A stretch of 64,000 nucleotides of DNA from an uncultured Dorea sp. (GTDB lineage Bacteria > Bacillota > Clostridia > Lachnospirales > Lachnospiraceae): contig CAJUFA010000010.1 in assembly GCA_910585725.1 (NCBI GenBank), positions 21,450 through 85,449 on the forward strand, read 5' to 3'. How positions within the stretch are numbered: the stretch's first letter is position 1; each line of letters starts with the position of its first letter. A model generated the notes under the pieces. It ran no database searches and was not told the DNA's origin. It saw only the letters and a program-made list of their open reading frames with translations. Positions 1 through 8,728 of this stretch are shown here, one piece after another. The position numbers and the translations under genes are program-made.

Positions 1-323
1 ATCCGACTGCCGGCAGAGCAATCCGGAATGCTGCCAGGAAGGACCAGAGGGGACGGACCGAGAAATCCCGCCGTCTCACATACAGGCTGGAAGAGATCCG
101 GGAATTCCGAACATATACAAATCGGCATCCGTGATACTGAAATGATACTAAAAATATGTGTAAAACAAATAAAACGAAGAAATGAAAACATATTATTAAG
201 GAATTTGAATCATAAATATTGAATTTATTGTAAAAAAAGTGTAATCTGATTGGACAAGGATATTAATATTTGTTATACTAAAAATGATGTTTGAATACGG
301 ATTATGGCATTTTGAGGTGATTT

Positions 324-719
324 ATGTTAGATCAAAGAAAAATAGAACTTATGACTCGTCTTGCTTTTTATGAGCAGACAGATGGTAAGAAGGATTTTAA
401 GGTCAGTGAGTTTTACCGCAAAGATTATACCAGCCTGCATACCATATGCTCTGTTTTGTGGGTCACGGTCGGATATTTGTGTGTTATAGGGATTATAATA
501 TTAATAGTACTAGAAGATCTTTTGGAAAATCTGTCCAATGGAGTGATTATGATGTTAGGAGGGATGGTTCTTTTAGGCTATATTTCTTTGGTTATTGTAT
601 ATGCGATTATTACGAATCATATTTATGATGAGAAGCATAGAGATGCGAGACAGAGAGTGAAGAAGTATAATCATAATCTGACGAGACTGTTGAGGATGTA
701 TGAAAAGGAGAACAGATAG
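324..719 (+). CDS. small integral membrane protein, unknown function
   Basis: 131-aa ORF with two long hydrophobic segments (VLWVTVGYLCVIGIIILIVL and MMLGGMVLLGYISLVIVYAII). Its TAG stop abuts the ATG of the next ORF (719/720). Confidence 0.55.
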   Translation: MLDQRKIELMTRLAFYEQTDGKKDFKVSEFYRKDYTSLHTICSVLWVTVGYLCVIGIIILIVLEDLLENLSNGVIMMLGGMVLLGYISLVIVYAIITNHIYDEKHRDARQRVKKYNHNLTRLLRMYEKENR

Positions 720-1832
720 ATGGATAGTATATATGTACTTCGTGAACGGGTAGAAGAATTATATGGCAGGAATTCAAAGATATGCGATAAAGTCTTACAG
801 TTTGTTTTGGCGTTGACCACATTTATAGTTATAAATAATCATGTAGGCTTTATGAAAGCAATGGCTACGCCGGTAGTGTCGTTTGGACTCGCGGTTGTCT
901 GCGCGTTTCTCCCTTTGTCAATGACTGTAGTAATAGCGACGGCGTTGATCCTTCTTCATATGTATTCTGTTTCTTTGGGGATATTTGTGATGACAACGGC
1001 GCTGTTTTTAATCATGTATATATTCTATCTTAGGCTTGCGCCGAAGATGGCTGTGATTGTATTAATAACGCCCATTGCGTATTTTTTGAAAATACCGTAT
1101 GTGATTCCGGTGGCGTGCGGGTTGATGGCATCGCCCGGAAGTCTTGTAGCTGTTATATGTGGTGTGATAGTATGCTACATGATGGATTATGTGAAGAAAG
1201 CGGCTGCAAGTATAGAGGGAGCCGATATTAAGAGTATGCTGTCACAGTCAACGGATTATGTAAGCAAGGTATTTCAGAATAAAGAGCTATGGGTCATGAT
1301 TATAGCTTTTGTGATCTGCTTTTTTATCGTATTTACACTTCGGCGGGCTTCCGTGGATCATGCATGGAAGATAGCCGTTTTAGTTGGGATAGTTGTTAAC
1401 GTTGTAGTGATCGTTGCCGGAGATATCGCGTTGGGGGTACATACCTCTTATGGAGCGCTTATTGGTGGAAGTATTGTAAGTCTTTTGGCGGGATTGATAT
1501 TGGAAATGTTCTTTTTCTCAGTGGATTATTCCAGGGGAGAGAGATTGCAATTTGAGGACGATGAATATTATTATTATGTGAAAGCCATTCCTAAGGTGTC
1601 TGTTGCGAAGCCGGAAAAGACTGTTAAGCGGATTAATGCGAGACAGGAGACGGAGATTATGGATGCAGATGCGGTGAGGAAAAAGTCGGGTGCATCGTCG
1701 GGCAGATCTTCCGTAAATAATAGAAGACCGGTTCCAAGGAGAGGACAGTCTGTCAAGAAGCATGACATGAAGGAAGTAGATAAGATGCTTCTTACACAGA
1801 GCCTTAGGAAAGATTTGAATCTAAGAGATTAG
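720..1832 (+). CDS. polytopic membrane protein with basic Arg/Ser-rich C-terminal tail, unknown function
   Basis: 370-aa ORF with many hydrophobic helices, then a hydrophilic tail (RKKSGASSGRSSVNNRRPVPRRGQSVKK). It directly follows the previous ORF and ends 30 nt before cdaA. Confidence 0.6.
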   Translation: MDSIYVLRERVEELYGRNSKICDKVLQFVLALTTFIVINNHVGFMKAMATPVVSFGLAVVCAFLPLSMTVVIATALILLHMYSVSLGIFVMTTALFLIMYIFYLRLAPKMAVIVLITPIAYFLKIPYVIPVACGLMASPGSLVAVICGVIVCYMMDYVKKAAASIEGADIKSMLSQSTDYVSKVFQNKELWVMIIAFVICFFIVFTLRRASVDHAWKIAVLVGIVVNVVVIVAGDIALGVHTSYGALIGGSIVSLLAGLILEMFFFSVDYSRGERLQFEDDEYYYYVKAIPKVSVAKPEKTVKRINARQETEIMDADAVRKKSGASSGRSSVNNRRPVPRRGQSVKKHDMKEVDKMLLTQSLRKDLNLRD

Positions 1833-1862
1833 CGTATGTAGAGTAAAAAAGGAGGTGAAAGG

Positions 1863-2747
1863 ATGGAACAGCAGATCAGCAGACATATAGAGAAATATAT
1901 TCCGGACTGGTATTTTCCGGTGGTTACTTTGACAGATATTATAGAAGTATTGATCCTAACTTTTTTGATCTACCAGGTTATGATATGGATTAAGAATACA
2001 AAAGCATGGATGCTTTTGAAGGGAATTATCGTGCTGGCTGTATTCATTCTGATAGCCGCTGTTTTTAAGATGCATACGATTTTGTACATTGCAAGAAATT
2101 CTGTTACGGTTATGGCGACAGTGGCAATTGTGGTATTCCAGCCGGAACTGCGCAGAGCGTTGGAGAAATTGGGCGAGAAGCAATTCCTTACTTCTATGGT
2201 GCCTTTCGAGTCAGGAAGGGAGAGATCTCGCTTTTGTGAAGAGACAAGAGAGAGCATGATTGAAGCAGCCTATGCAATGGGAAGAGTAAAGACGGGAGCG
2301 CTGATCGTCGTAGAACAGGCAATCCGTCTTACAGAATATGAGAGTACCGGGATTCAGATGGATTGTCTCGTTTCCAGTCAGGTTTTGATTAATATATTTG
2401 AACACAATACTCCTTTGCATGACGGAGCAATTATTGTACGTGGAGACAGGATTGTTTCAGCAACATGTTATCTTCCGTTATCGGATAATATGAGAATAAG
2501 TAAAGCATTGGGGACCAGGCATCGTGCGGCTCTTGGTATGAGTGAAGTGAGTGATGCGCTGATTATTGTAGTGTCCGAAGAGACAGGCGCGGTGTCTGTT
2601 GCACAGGGAGGATATCTTCAGCGTAATATAAATGAACAGGAACTTAGAGAGAGGCTTCAGGGTATACAAGAGCGTCGGGTAGAGATGAGCGGGTTAGCTG
2701 CATTGTGGAAAGGAAGGCGTAAGAATGAGAAAAAGGCTGACAGGTAA
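1863..2747 (+). CDS. cdaA: diadenylate cyclase CdaA (DisA_N/DAC domain, membrane-anchored)
   Basis: N-terminal TM helices followed by DAC motifs TPLHDGAIIV and GTRHRAALGMSE. AGGAGG SD lies upstream. Confidence 0.9.
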   Translation: MEQQISRHIEKYIPDWYFPVVTLTDIIEVLILTFLIYQVMIWIKNTKAWMLLKGIIVLAVFILIAAVFKMHTILYIARNSVTVMATVAIVVFQPELRRALEKLGEKQFLTSMVPFESGRERSRFCEETRESMIEAAYAMGRVKTGALIVVEQAIRLTEYESTGIQMDCLVSSQVLINIFEHNTPLHDGAIIVRGDRIVSATCYLPLSDNMRISKALGTRHRAALGMSEVSDALIIVVSEETGAVSVAQGGYLQRNINEQELRERLQGIQERRVEMSGLAALWKGRRKNEKKADR

Positions 2748-3996
2748 TCTGGGTCTTAAGGTATTAGCTTTCTTTATTGCAGTTTTTATGTGGCTGATCG
2801 TGGTTAATATCGATGATCCGGTAATTGAGAAGACATATGCCGGAGTACCGGTAAGTGTTATAAATGAAGAGATTGTAACAACAACAAACAGGACGTATCA
2901 GATTGTAGACGATACTCAGGAAGTCAGTGTAACAGTCAGCGCGCGGCGTTCCGTAATGGAGAAGATTAAGACGGAAGATATCACGGCGGTTGCAGACATG
3001 AAAGAGCTGAGTTTGGGAACCCAGATACCTATTGAAGTATCTATACAAAAATATCGGTATGAAAAAGCGTATACGACGCCAGGCAATCTTCAGGTTAAGA
3101 TAGAAGATGAGGCCAGAAATAATTTTCCGATAACGCCGACTACATTAGGAACGGTTCGGGAGGGTTATGTGCTTAGCGAGCTGAAAGCAGATCCGGAGAA
3201 AGTTACTTTCCGGGGACCGAAATCTGTGATTAACAGTATTAGCAGGGTTGTGGCAGAAGCGGATGTATCCGGACTTTCCGAAGATGCAGAGATCGAAGCG
3301 AGATTAATTTTGTATGATGCGAATAATAATGTCATTGATCAGACTATTCTGGCAAATAATTTGGGTAAAGAAGGAGTCAGTGTGAAAGTTACACTGTATC
3401 AAATTAAGAAAGTGCCTGTTAAGCTAAGTACGTCTAAGATATCAGCGGAAGACGGTTATAAAGTTAGTACGATTAGTGTCGAACCAAAAGAGATCAGTGT
3501 TGCGGGAGAAGAAGAGACGCTGGCAGAATTAGACGAGATTTGGATTCCGGCGGAAGAGCTTGAGATATCCGGGTTGACGGAGAGAACAGAGAAAATGATT
3601 GAGGTATCTCCACATCTTCCTGAAAATGTTATGCTGGTGGATGAGAATGCTGACAATGTAATCGTAACGATTCAGATTGAACAGCCTGGAGTAAAAAATT
3701 TTGAGGTATCAACCAGTTCCATAACGGTAAAAAATCTTTCGGAGAATTTACAGCTTAGTTACGGTGCGGTTGATTTTGAGATACAGGTCAGAGGTCCGGC
3801 AGAGAAATTGAAGGTATTCTCAACTGCAAAGAAGGTAAGCATAGATTTGAAAAATTATTCGGTTCCAGGAACTTATATCGTACCGGTATCGGTTGATTTA
3901 CCGGAGGGATGTAAGATGGTAAGCGATGTGGAGATCGAGATTATACTTGATAAAAAGGAAGAAGAACAAGATCAGGAAGATCAAGAACAAGAATAA
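2725..3996 (+). CDS. cdaR: CdaA regulatory protein CdaR (YbbR-like repeat protein)
   Basis: N-terminal TM helix (LGLKVLAFFIAVFMWLIV) followed by repeated beta-rich YbbR-like segments. The gene overlaps the cdaA 3' end, the canonical position after cdaA. Confidence 0.8.
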   Translation: MRKRLTGNLGLKVLAFFIAVFMWLIVVNIDDPVIEKTYAGVPVSVINEEIVTTTNRTYQIVDDTQEVSVTVSARRSVMEKIKTEDITAVADMKELSLGTQIPIEVSIQKYRYEKAYTTPGNLQVKIEDEARNNFPITPTTLGTVREGYVLSELKADPEKVTFRGPKSVINSISRVVAEADVSGLSEDAEIEARLILYDANNNVIDQTILANNLGKEGVSVKVTLYQIKKVPVKLSTSKISAEDGYKVSTISVEPKEISVAGEEETLAELDEIWIPAEELEISGLTERTEKMIEVSPHLPENVMLVDENADNVIVTIQIEQPGVKNFEVSTSSITVKNLSENLQLSYGAVDFEIQVRGPAEKLKVFSTAKKVSIDLKNYSVPGTYIVPVSVDLPEGCKMVSDVEIEIILDKKEEEQDQEDQEQE

Positions 3997-4040
3997 TAGG
4001 GCACTTGTTTCAGAAGTATGAAAAAAGAACGGAGGAGAAT

Positions 4041-4304
4041 ATGGTTAGACAAAAAGTTATGATTACAAATCCGACCGGGCTGCATCTGAGACCGGCAGGT
4101 ATTTTCTGCAATACGGCCAGCAATTTCAAATGTAAAGTGGCATTCGAATATGACAATACGATCGCGAATGCGAAAAGTGTTCTGAGTGTTCTTGGAGCAT
4201 GTATTAAAAAAGGGGATGAGATTGAGCTGGTCTGCGATGGAGAAGATGAGGAAGAAGCGTTAAGAGAGATGGTTGCCGCAGTTGAAGGCGGGCTTGGCGA
4301 ATAA
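4041..4304 (+). CDS. ptsH: HPr-family phosphocarrier protein
   Basis: TNPTGLHLRPAG matches the His15 context and NAKSVLSVLG matches the Ser46 context. I placed the start at the ATG preceded by GGAGGAG, not the upstream TTG of the ORF track. Confidence 0.8.
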   Translation: MVRQKVMITNPTGLHLRPAGIFCNTASNFKCKVAFEYDNTIANAKSVLSVLGACIKKGDEIELVCDGEDEEEALREMVAAVEGGLGE

Positions 4305-4322
4305 GAGTCGAATGACAAAAAT

Positions 4323-4371
4323 AAAAGGACTACCGGAAGATAAAGAGTTTCCGATGGTCCTTTTATTTTTG
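4323..4371. terminator. bidirectional stem-loop between convergent HPr gene and glgX
   Basis: AAAGGACTACCGGAA ... TTCCGATGGTCCTTT imperfect inverted repeat, flanked by an A-run upstream and TTTTATTTTTG downstream. Confidence 0.6.
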
Positions 4372-4375
4372 TGGA

Positions 4376-6511
4376 TTATTTTCCAATCAGGACGATGATA
4401 CTTCTGGGACGAACCGTAAGTTTGTCATTTTCAAATAGATAAGGATGTTGTTCACTTTTCCATGTGTCTACGGCAACTTCCCAGCACATAGAGACGGGAA
4501 GCGCGGGAAGGGTGACGTCGACGTCTTCCCAATAGGCGTTAGAAGCAATGTAGATGACCTGGGGCCCGAATTTCTCTGCCTGACCGGCAAACATAACTCC
4601 TACATAGTGTTCGTAGTCGGCGAACTTATCCTGCCAGGGGGTGACTCCATGAAAGCTGACGTCCGGGAATCCGGACGCGCCGTCGCTGATATTCGTACGC
4701 AGCAGACGGTGTTCTTTACGGAATCGGATCATATATTTGAAGAATTCGAACATATCACGGTTTTTCTCCAAAAGAGTCCAATCCAGCCAGGAGATGATAT
4801 TATCCTGGCAATAGGCGTTATTATTTCCGAACTGTGTATTGCAGAATTCGTCTCCGGCAAGAAACATAGGTATTCCCCTGCTGCACATCAGGATGGCAAA
4901 TGAATTACGAATCATGCGGTGTCGGAGCTCCAGAATTTCCGGATCATCAGTCTCGCCTTCGATTCCGCAATTCCAACTGTAATTGTCGTTGGCTCCATCT
5001 GTATTGTTCCATCCGTTTTTCTCGTTGTGCTTTATGTTATACGAGAACAGATCGTTTAAAGTAAAGCCGTCGTGGCAGGTAATAAAATTGACGGAGGCGT
5101 TCTCTCTGGACTTTATCTCATAGATGTCTCTGGAACCGACGATCCGCTGTGCGGCGGATTGAGCCATACCGTTATCACCTTTGAGATAGCGCCGTATATC
5201 GTCCCGGTATCTGCCGTTCCATTCTGCCCAGCGGTTCCAGGAAGGAAATGTACCGACCTGATAGAGCCCGTCTGCGTCCCACGCTTCTGCGATCAGTTTG
5301 ACGTCGCCGAGGATCGGGTCAAAAGCAAGCGCCTGAAGAAGAGGAGGATTACTCATTGGAGTGCCGTCTTCGTTACGTCCGAGGATTGAGGCAAGATCAA
5401 AACGGAAACCATTAATCCGGTAAGTATTTACCCAATAGCGCAGGCAGTCCAGAATCATTTGACGTACGATGGGATGGTTGCAGTTCAGAGAATTTCCACA
5501 TCCGCTGAAATTATAATAGTGTCCGTCGGGTGTCAAAAGGTAATAAATATTGTTATCAAAACCTTTAAAAGAGAAAAACGGACCGTGTTCATTTCCTTCT
5601 GCCGTATGGTTGAATACGACGTCCAGATATACTTCAATTCCGTGTTGGTTAAAGATCTGTATCAGATTCTTTAATTCATTTCCCTCTCGGTTATATTCTT
5701 CGCTCGATGTGTAGCTGGTATTTGGCGCAAAGAAACTTACTGTATTATATCCCCAGTAATTATAAAGTTTTTCCCCGTCTACCTCCCTGTAATCCTGCAT
5801 TTCATCAAATTCAAAGATTGGCATTAGCTCGACGACATTTACGCCAAGTTCTAAAAGGTGAGGAAGTTTTTCAAGGAGTCCGGCAAAAGTTCCGGGGTGC
5901 TCTACTTCGGAAGAACTGTGTTGGGTAAAACCTCGGACATGCAGCTCATATATGATTAGATCTTCCGTCGGAAGAAGCGGCGGTGCGTTTTTTTCCCAGT
6001 CGAAGTCGTCTTTTACAACACGGGCTTTATAATGCTGTCCCCGCGGCGCTCTGTTGCCCCATTGGCTTTGTCCCGTGACTGCCCTGGCATAGGGATCCAG
6101 AAGATATTTATTGCGGTTGAAGATCAATCCCTTCTTTGGTTCATACGGACCGTCCACGCGGTATGCATATTCAAATTCTTCTATGTTGAGTTTGAATACG
6201 ATCATGGAATATACGTTTCCGATTCGATAATGCTCCGGGAAAGGAAGAATCGCGTAAGGTTCATGCTCGGTTCGATGGAACAAAAGAAGTTCAATAGAAG
6301 TTGCGCCGTGAGAATAGACGGTAAAATTAACGCCTCCTGGAATGGCCGTCGCTCCGTTGATCTCATAAAAACCAGGACGGACTTCAAAGCCGCCTATCAG
6401 ATCCAGCGGAACCAGGTGAATCGTACGGGGAAGACCGAATTTTTCAACGGCGCCCTTGGTTCCTGTTGATGAAGCTACAGTTGATGTTGTGATTGGTTCT
6501 TGTGGGTTCAT
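4376..6511 (-). CDS. glgX: glycogen debranching enzyme / GH13 isoamylase-pullulanase type (GlgX-like)
   Basis: GH13 conserved regions DVVFNHT, GFRFDLASIL, AEAWD and FITCHDGFTLNDL. The N-terminus is CBM48-like (GVNFTVYSHGATSIELLLF). Confidence 0.85.
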   Translation of the reverse strand: MNPQEPITTSTVASSTGTKGAVEKFGLPRTIHLVPLDLIGGFEVRPGFYEINGATAIPGGVNFTVYSHGATSIELLLFHRTEHEPYAILPFPEHYRIGNVYSMIVFKLNIEEFEYAYRVDGPYEPKKGLIFNRNKYLLDPYARAVTGQSQWGNRAPRGQHYKARVVKDDFDWEKNAPPLLPTEDLIIYELHVRGFTQHSSSEVEHPGTFAGLLEKLPHLLELGVNVVELMPIFEFDEMQDYREVDGEKLYNYWGYNTVSFFAPNTSYTSSEEYNREGNELKNLIQIFNQHGIEVYLDVVFNHTAEGNEHGPFFSFKGFDNNIYYLLTPDGHYYNFSGCGNSLNCNHPIVRQMILDCLRYWVNTYRINGFRFDLASILGRNEDGTPMSNPPLLQALAFDPILGDVKLIAEAWDADGLYQVGTFPSWNRWAEWNGRYRDDIRRYLKGDNGMAQSAAQRIVGSRDIYEIKSRENASVNFITCHDGFTLNDLFSYNIKHNEKNGWNNTDGANDNYSWNCGIEGETDDPEILELRHRMIRNSFAILMCSRGIPMFLAGDEFCNTQFGNNNAYCQDNIISWLDWTLLEKNRDMFEFFKYMIRFRKEHRLLRTNISDGASGFPDVSFHGVTPWQDKFADYEHYVGVMFAGQAEKFGPQVIYIASNAYWEDVDVTLPALPVSMCWEVAVDTWKSEQHPYLFENDKLTVRPRSIIVLIGK

Positions 6512-6677
6512 CGTTTACCTCCTGCATATAAAAACTATAATAACAGTATATCGGTATTTTGAGGATAAATCAATAGAAAGCGTCGGAAACGCGACTATTG
6601 ACTTTCACTGCCGGCTGTTTTAAGATTGTTTTGTATCTGTATAACATCAGGTAAAATATATGGGGGACGGAAGATTG

Positions 6678-7502
6678 ATGATAATAGGGACACATATGTC
6701 GATTGCGAAAGGGTTAGTGAAGACTGCCGAAAATGTGATATGGATGGAAGCGAATACCATGCAGATATTCAGCCGGAATCCCCGCGGGTCGAATTACAAG
6801 GTATATACAAAACAGGAGATAGAGGAGTTTCAGAGAATCCGTATGGAACATGGATTCGGCGCGATACTGGCCCATGCGCCTTATACAATGAATCTCGCAA
6901 GCGGCCAGGATAGGGTGTATGAATTCGCGTGTACGGCGCTTCGGGAGGATGTGGCAAGGATGGAAGATCTGGAGATAGAGAATCTGGTCTTTCACCCGGG
7001 CAGCCATACAGGAATTGGTATAGAGAAGGGAATAGAGAACATTGTACGAGGACTGGATCAGGCAATTACAGGCAGGGAGAAGATTATGGTTCTTCTGGAA
7101 ACGATGACGGGCAAGGGGACAGAGATTGGCGCAAAGTTTGAACATTTGAAGATGATCAGAGATGCGGCGAGGCATCCGGAACGGATCGGGATCTGTTTGG
7201 ATACGTGCCATGTGTTTGCGGCGGGATATGATATAGTCCATGATTTGGACGGAGTATTAGAAGAATTTGATCGGGTGCTTGGAATAAAATTGCTCAGGGC
7301 AGTCCATCTGAATGACAGTATGATGCCCTTTGCTTCACATAAAGACAGGCATGCGGCGATTGGTGAAGGAGAGATCGGGCTGGAGGCTTTGCTTGCGGTG
7401 ATGAGGCATCCTCTGCTGAAAGGATTGCCTTTTTATCTGGAAACACCGCGGGACGATGCGGGGCACAAAGATGAGATCCGGATGTTGAAAGAAAAAATCT
7501 GA
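6678..7502 (+). CDS. nfo: deoxyribonuclease IV (endonuclease IV)
   Basis: Motifs [39 protein letters not shown] and HLNDS. The start is set at the MIIGTH methionine. Confidence 0.85.
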   Translation: MIIGTHMSIAKGLVKTAENVIWMEANTMQIFSRNPRGSNYKVYTKQEIEEFQRIRMEHGFGAILAHAPYTMNLASGQDRVYEFACTALREDVARMEDLEIENLVFHPGSHTGIGIEKGIENIVRGLDQAITGREKIMVLLETMTGKGTEIGAKFEHLKMIRDAARHPERIGICLDTCHVFAAGYDIVHDLDGVLEEFDRVLGIKLLRAVHLNDSMMPFASHKDRHAAIGEGEIGLEALLAVMRHPLLKGLPFYLETPRDDAGHKDEIRMLKEKI

Positions 7503-7538
7503 CCAGACGGGGCGCTATAGAACGGAAGTGAGTACAGA

Positions 7539-8246
7539 GTGAATATGCTGACAGAGAAATTGACTGTAGAAGTAATTGCATATATCCATACGGATTTTCC
7601 GGAGAAGTTCGGAATTCCAAGGCAGAGCGGGCTTGTGGATACGAGGGCGGAGATCGTCTTTGAACCGGCGTACCGGAATCCGGATGCGCTGAGAGGTCTG
7701 GAGGACTATTCTCATATTTGGCTTTTGTGGGGATTTTCAGGGACGGAAAGAGCGAAGTGGAGCCCCACGGTGAGACCGCCGAGGCTGGGCGGTAACCAGA
7801 GGATGGGGGTATTTGCCACCCGATCTCCTTTTCGCCCGAATCCACTGGGATTGTCTTGTGTGGAATTGGAGAGGATTGAGGAGAGGAAGGGGGCGGGATG
7901 TGTTCTGCATGTGCGGGGAGCGGATCTGATGGATAAGACGCCCATCTATGATATCAAACCTTATCTTCCCTATGTAGACAGCCATGCCGATGCAAAAGGA
8001 GGGTTTGCACAGCAGGTTAAGGAGTATGAGCTAAAGGTTGAGATTCCGGATGAATGGATGGAAATCATCCCGAAGGAGCAGAGGAAGATATTGCTTCGGA
8101 TATTGGCGCAGGATCCAAGACCTTCTTATCAGGAAGATCCTGAGAGGATATATGGAATGGAATATGCGGGGATGAATATCCGGTTTCGGGTTAAGGAAAA
8201 TATATTGATAGTGTGTGAAGTGGAAAGGATGAATTTTACACGTTAG
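7539..8246 (+). CDS. trmO: tRNA (m6t6A37) methyltransferase TrmO/TsaA family
   Basis: Motifs FGIPRQSG, YSHIWLLWGF, RSPFRPNPLGLSCVEL and IYDIKPYLPY are typical of the YaeB/TrmO family. Confidence 0.8.
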   Translation: MNMLTEKLTVEVIAYIHTDFPEKFGIPRQSGLVDTRAEIVFEPAYRNPDALRGLEDYSHIWLLWGFSGTERAKWSPTVRPPRLGGNQRMGVFATRSPFRPNPLGLSCVELERIEERKGAGCVLHVRGADLMDKTPIYDIKPYLPYVDSHADAKGGFAQQVKEYELKVEIPDEWMEIIPKEQRKILLRILAQDPRPSYQEDPERIYGMEYAGMNIRFRVKENILIVCEVERMNFTR

Positions 8247-8258
8247 CCGACGTATGTA

Positions 8259-8298
8259 GACGGAAACAGGAGATATCTCCTGTTTCCGTCTGTTGTTT
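8259..8298 (+). terminator. rho-independent terminator after trmO
   Basis: Perfect 16-bp palindrome GACGGAAACAGGAGAT/ATCTCCTGTTTCCGTC followed by TGTTGTTTC. Confidence 0.8.
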
Positions 8299-8331
8299 CA
8301 GGTCGGCGAGAGAATAAAAATAAAAAAAATC

Positions 8332-8360
8332 TTGCAATATACCCTGTGGGGGTATATAAT
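8332..8360 (+). promoter_or_regulatory. sigma-A type promoter with embedded CsoR operator for csoR-copA
   Basis: TTGCAA (8332-8337), a 17-nt spacer, then TATAAT (8355-8360). The spacer contains ATACCC-TGTGG-GGGTAT (8339-8355), a GC-rich pseudo-palindrome of the CsoR-box type. Confidence 0.75.
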
Positions 8361-8403
8361 AGGTAATGTGATAACGGAAAGTTGGAAATGAGGTGTATAT
8401 AAT

Positions 8404-8706
8404 ATGGAGGAAAAGAGGGAATGCTGCCATAAGACGAAAGAACGTTCCGAGAAAGAGTATAAGGATCTCGTCAATCGTCTGAGCCGTATCGAAGGGCAGG
8501 TAAGAGGAATTAAGAAGATGGTGGAGAATGATGTATATTGTACAGATATTCTTATACAAGTATCGGCAGTGAACGCCGCTTTAAACAGTTTTAACAAGGT
8601 TCTGCTTTCCAATCATATCCGTACCTGTGTGGCAGACGATATCCGTGCAGGAAAGGACGAGGTTGTGGACGAATTGGTTGTTACACTGCAGAAATTAATG
8701 CGGTAG
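8404..8706 (+). CDS. csoR: CsoR-family copper-sensing transcriptional repressor
   Basis: 100-aa protein with LSRIEGQVRGIKKMVENDVYCTDILIQVSAVNAALN, the CsoR/RcnR fold including the conserved Cys. It lies immediately upstream of copA. Confidence 0.85.
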   Translation: MEEKRECCHKTKERSEKEYKDLVNRLSRIEGQVRGIKKMVENDVYCTDILIQVSAVNAALNSFNKVLLSNHIRTCVADDIRAGKDEVVDELVVTLQKLMR

Positions 8707-8728
8707 GAACTAAATAGGGAGGTTAAAT

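Noticed and set aside
1-222. Frame 1 is open from the window edge to 222. The GC-rich first ~110 nt contain ATCCGGAATGCTGCCAGGAAGGA, which loosely resembles the P4-P5 part of a TPP riboswitch.
   Set aside because: Only a fragment is visible and the 5' half of any aptamer lies outside the window. The resemblance is partial. The downstream genes are not thiamine genes and lie more than 250 nt away. The translated ORF looks non-protein-like in its AT-rich half.
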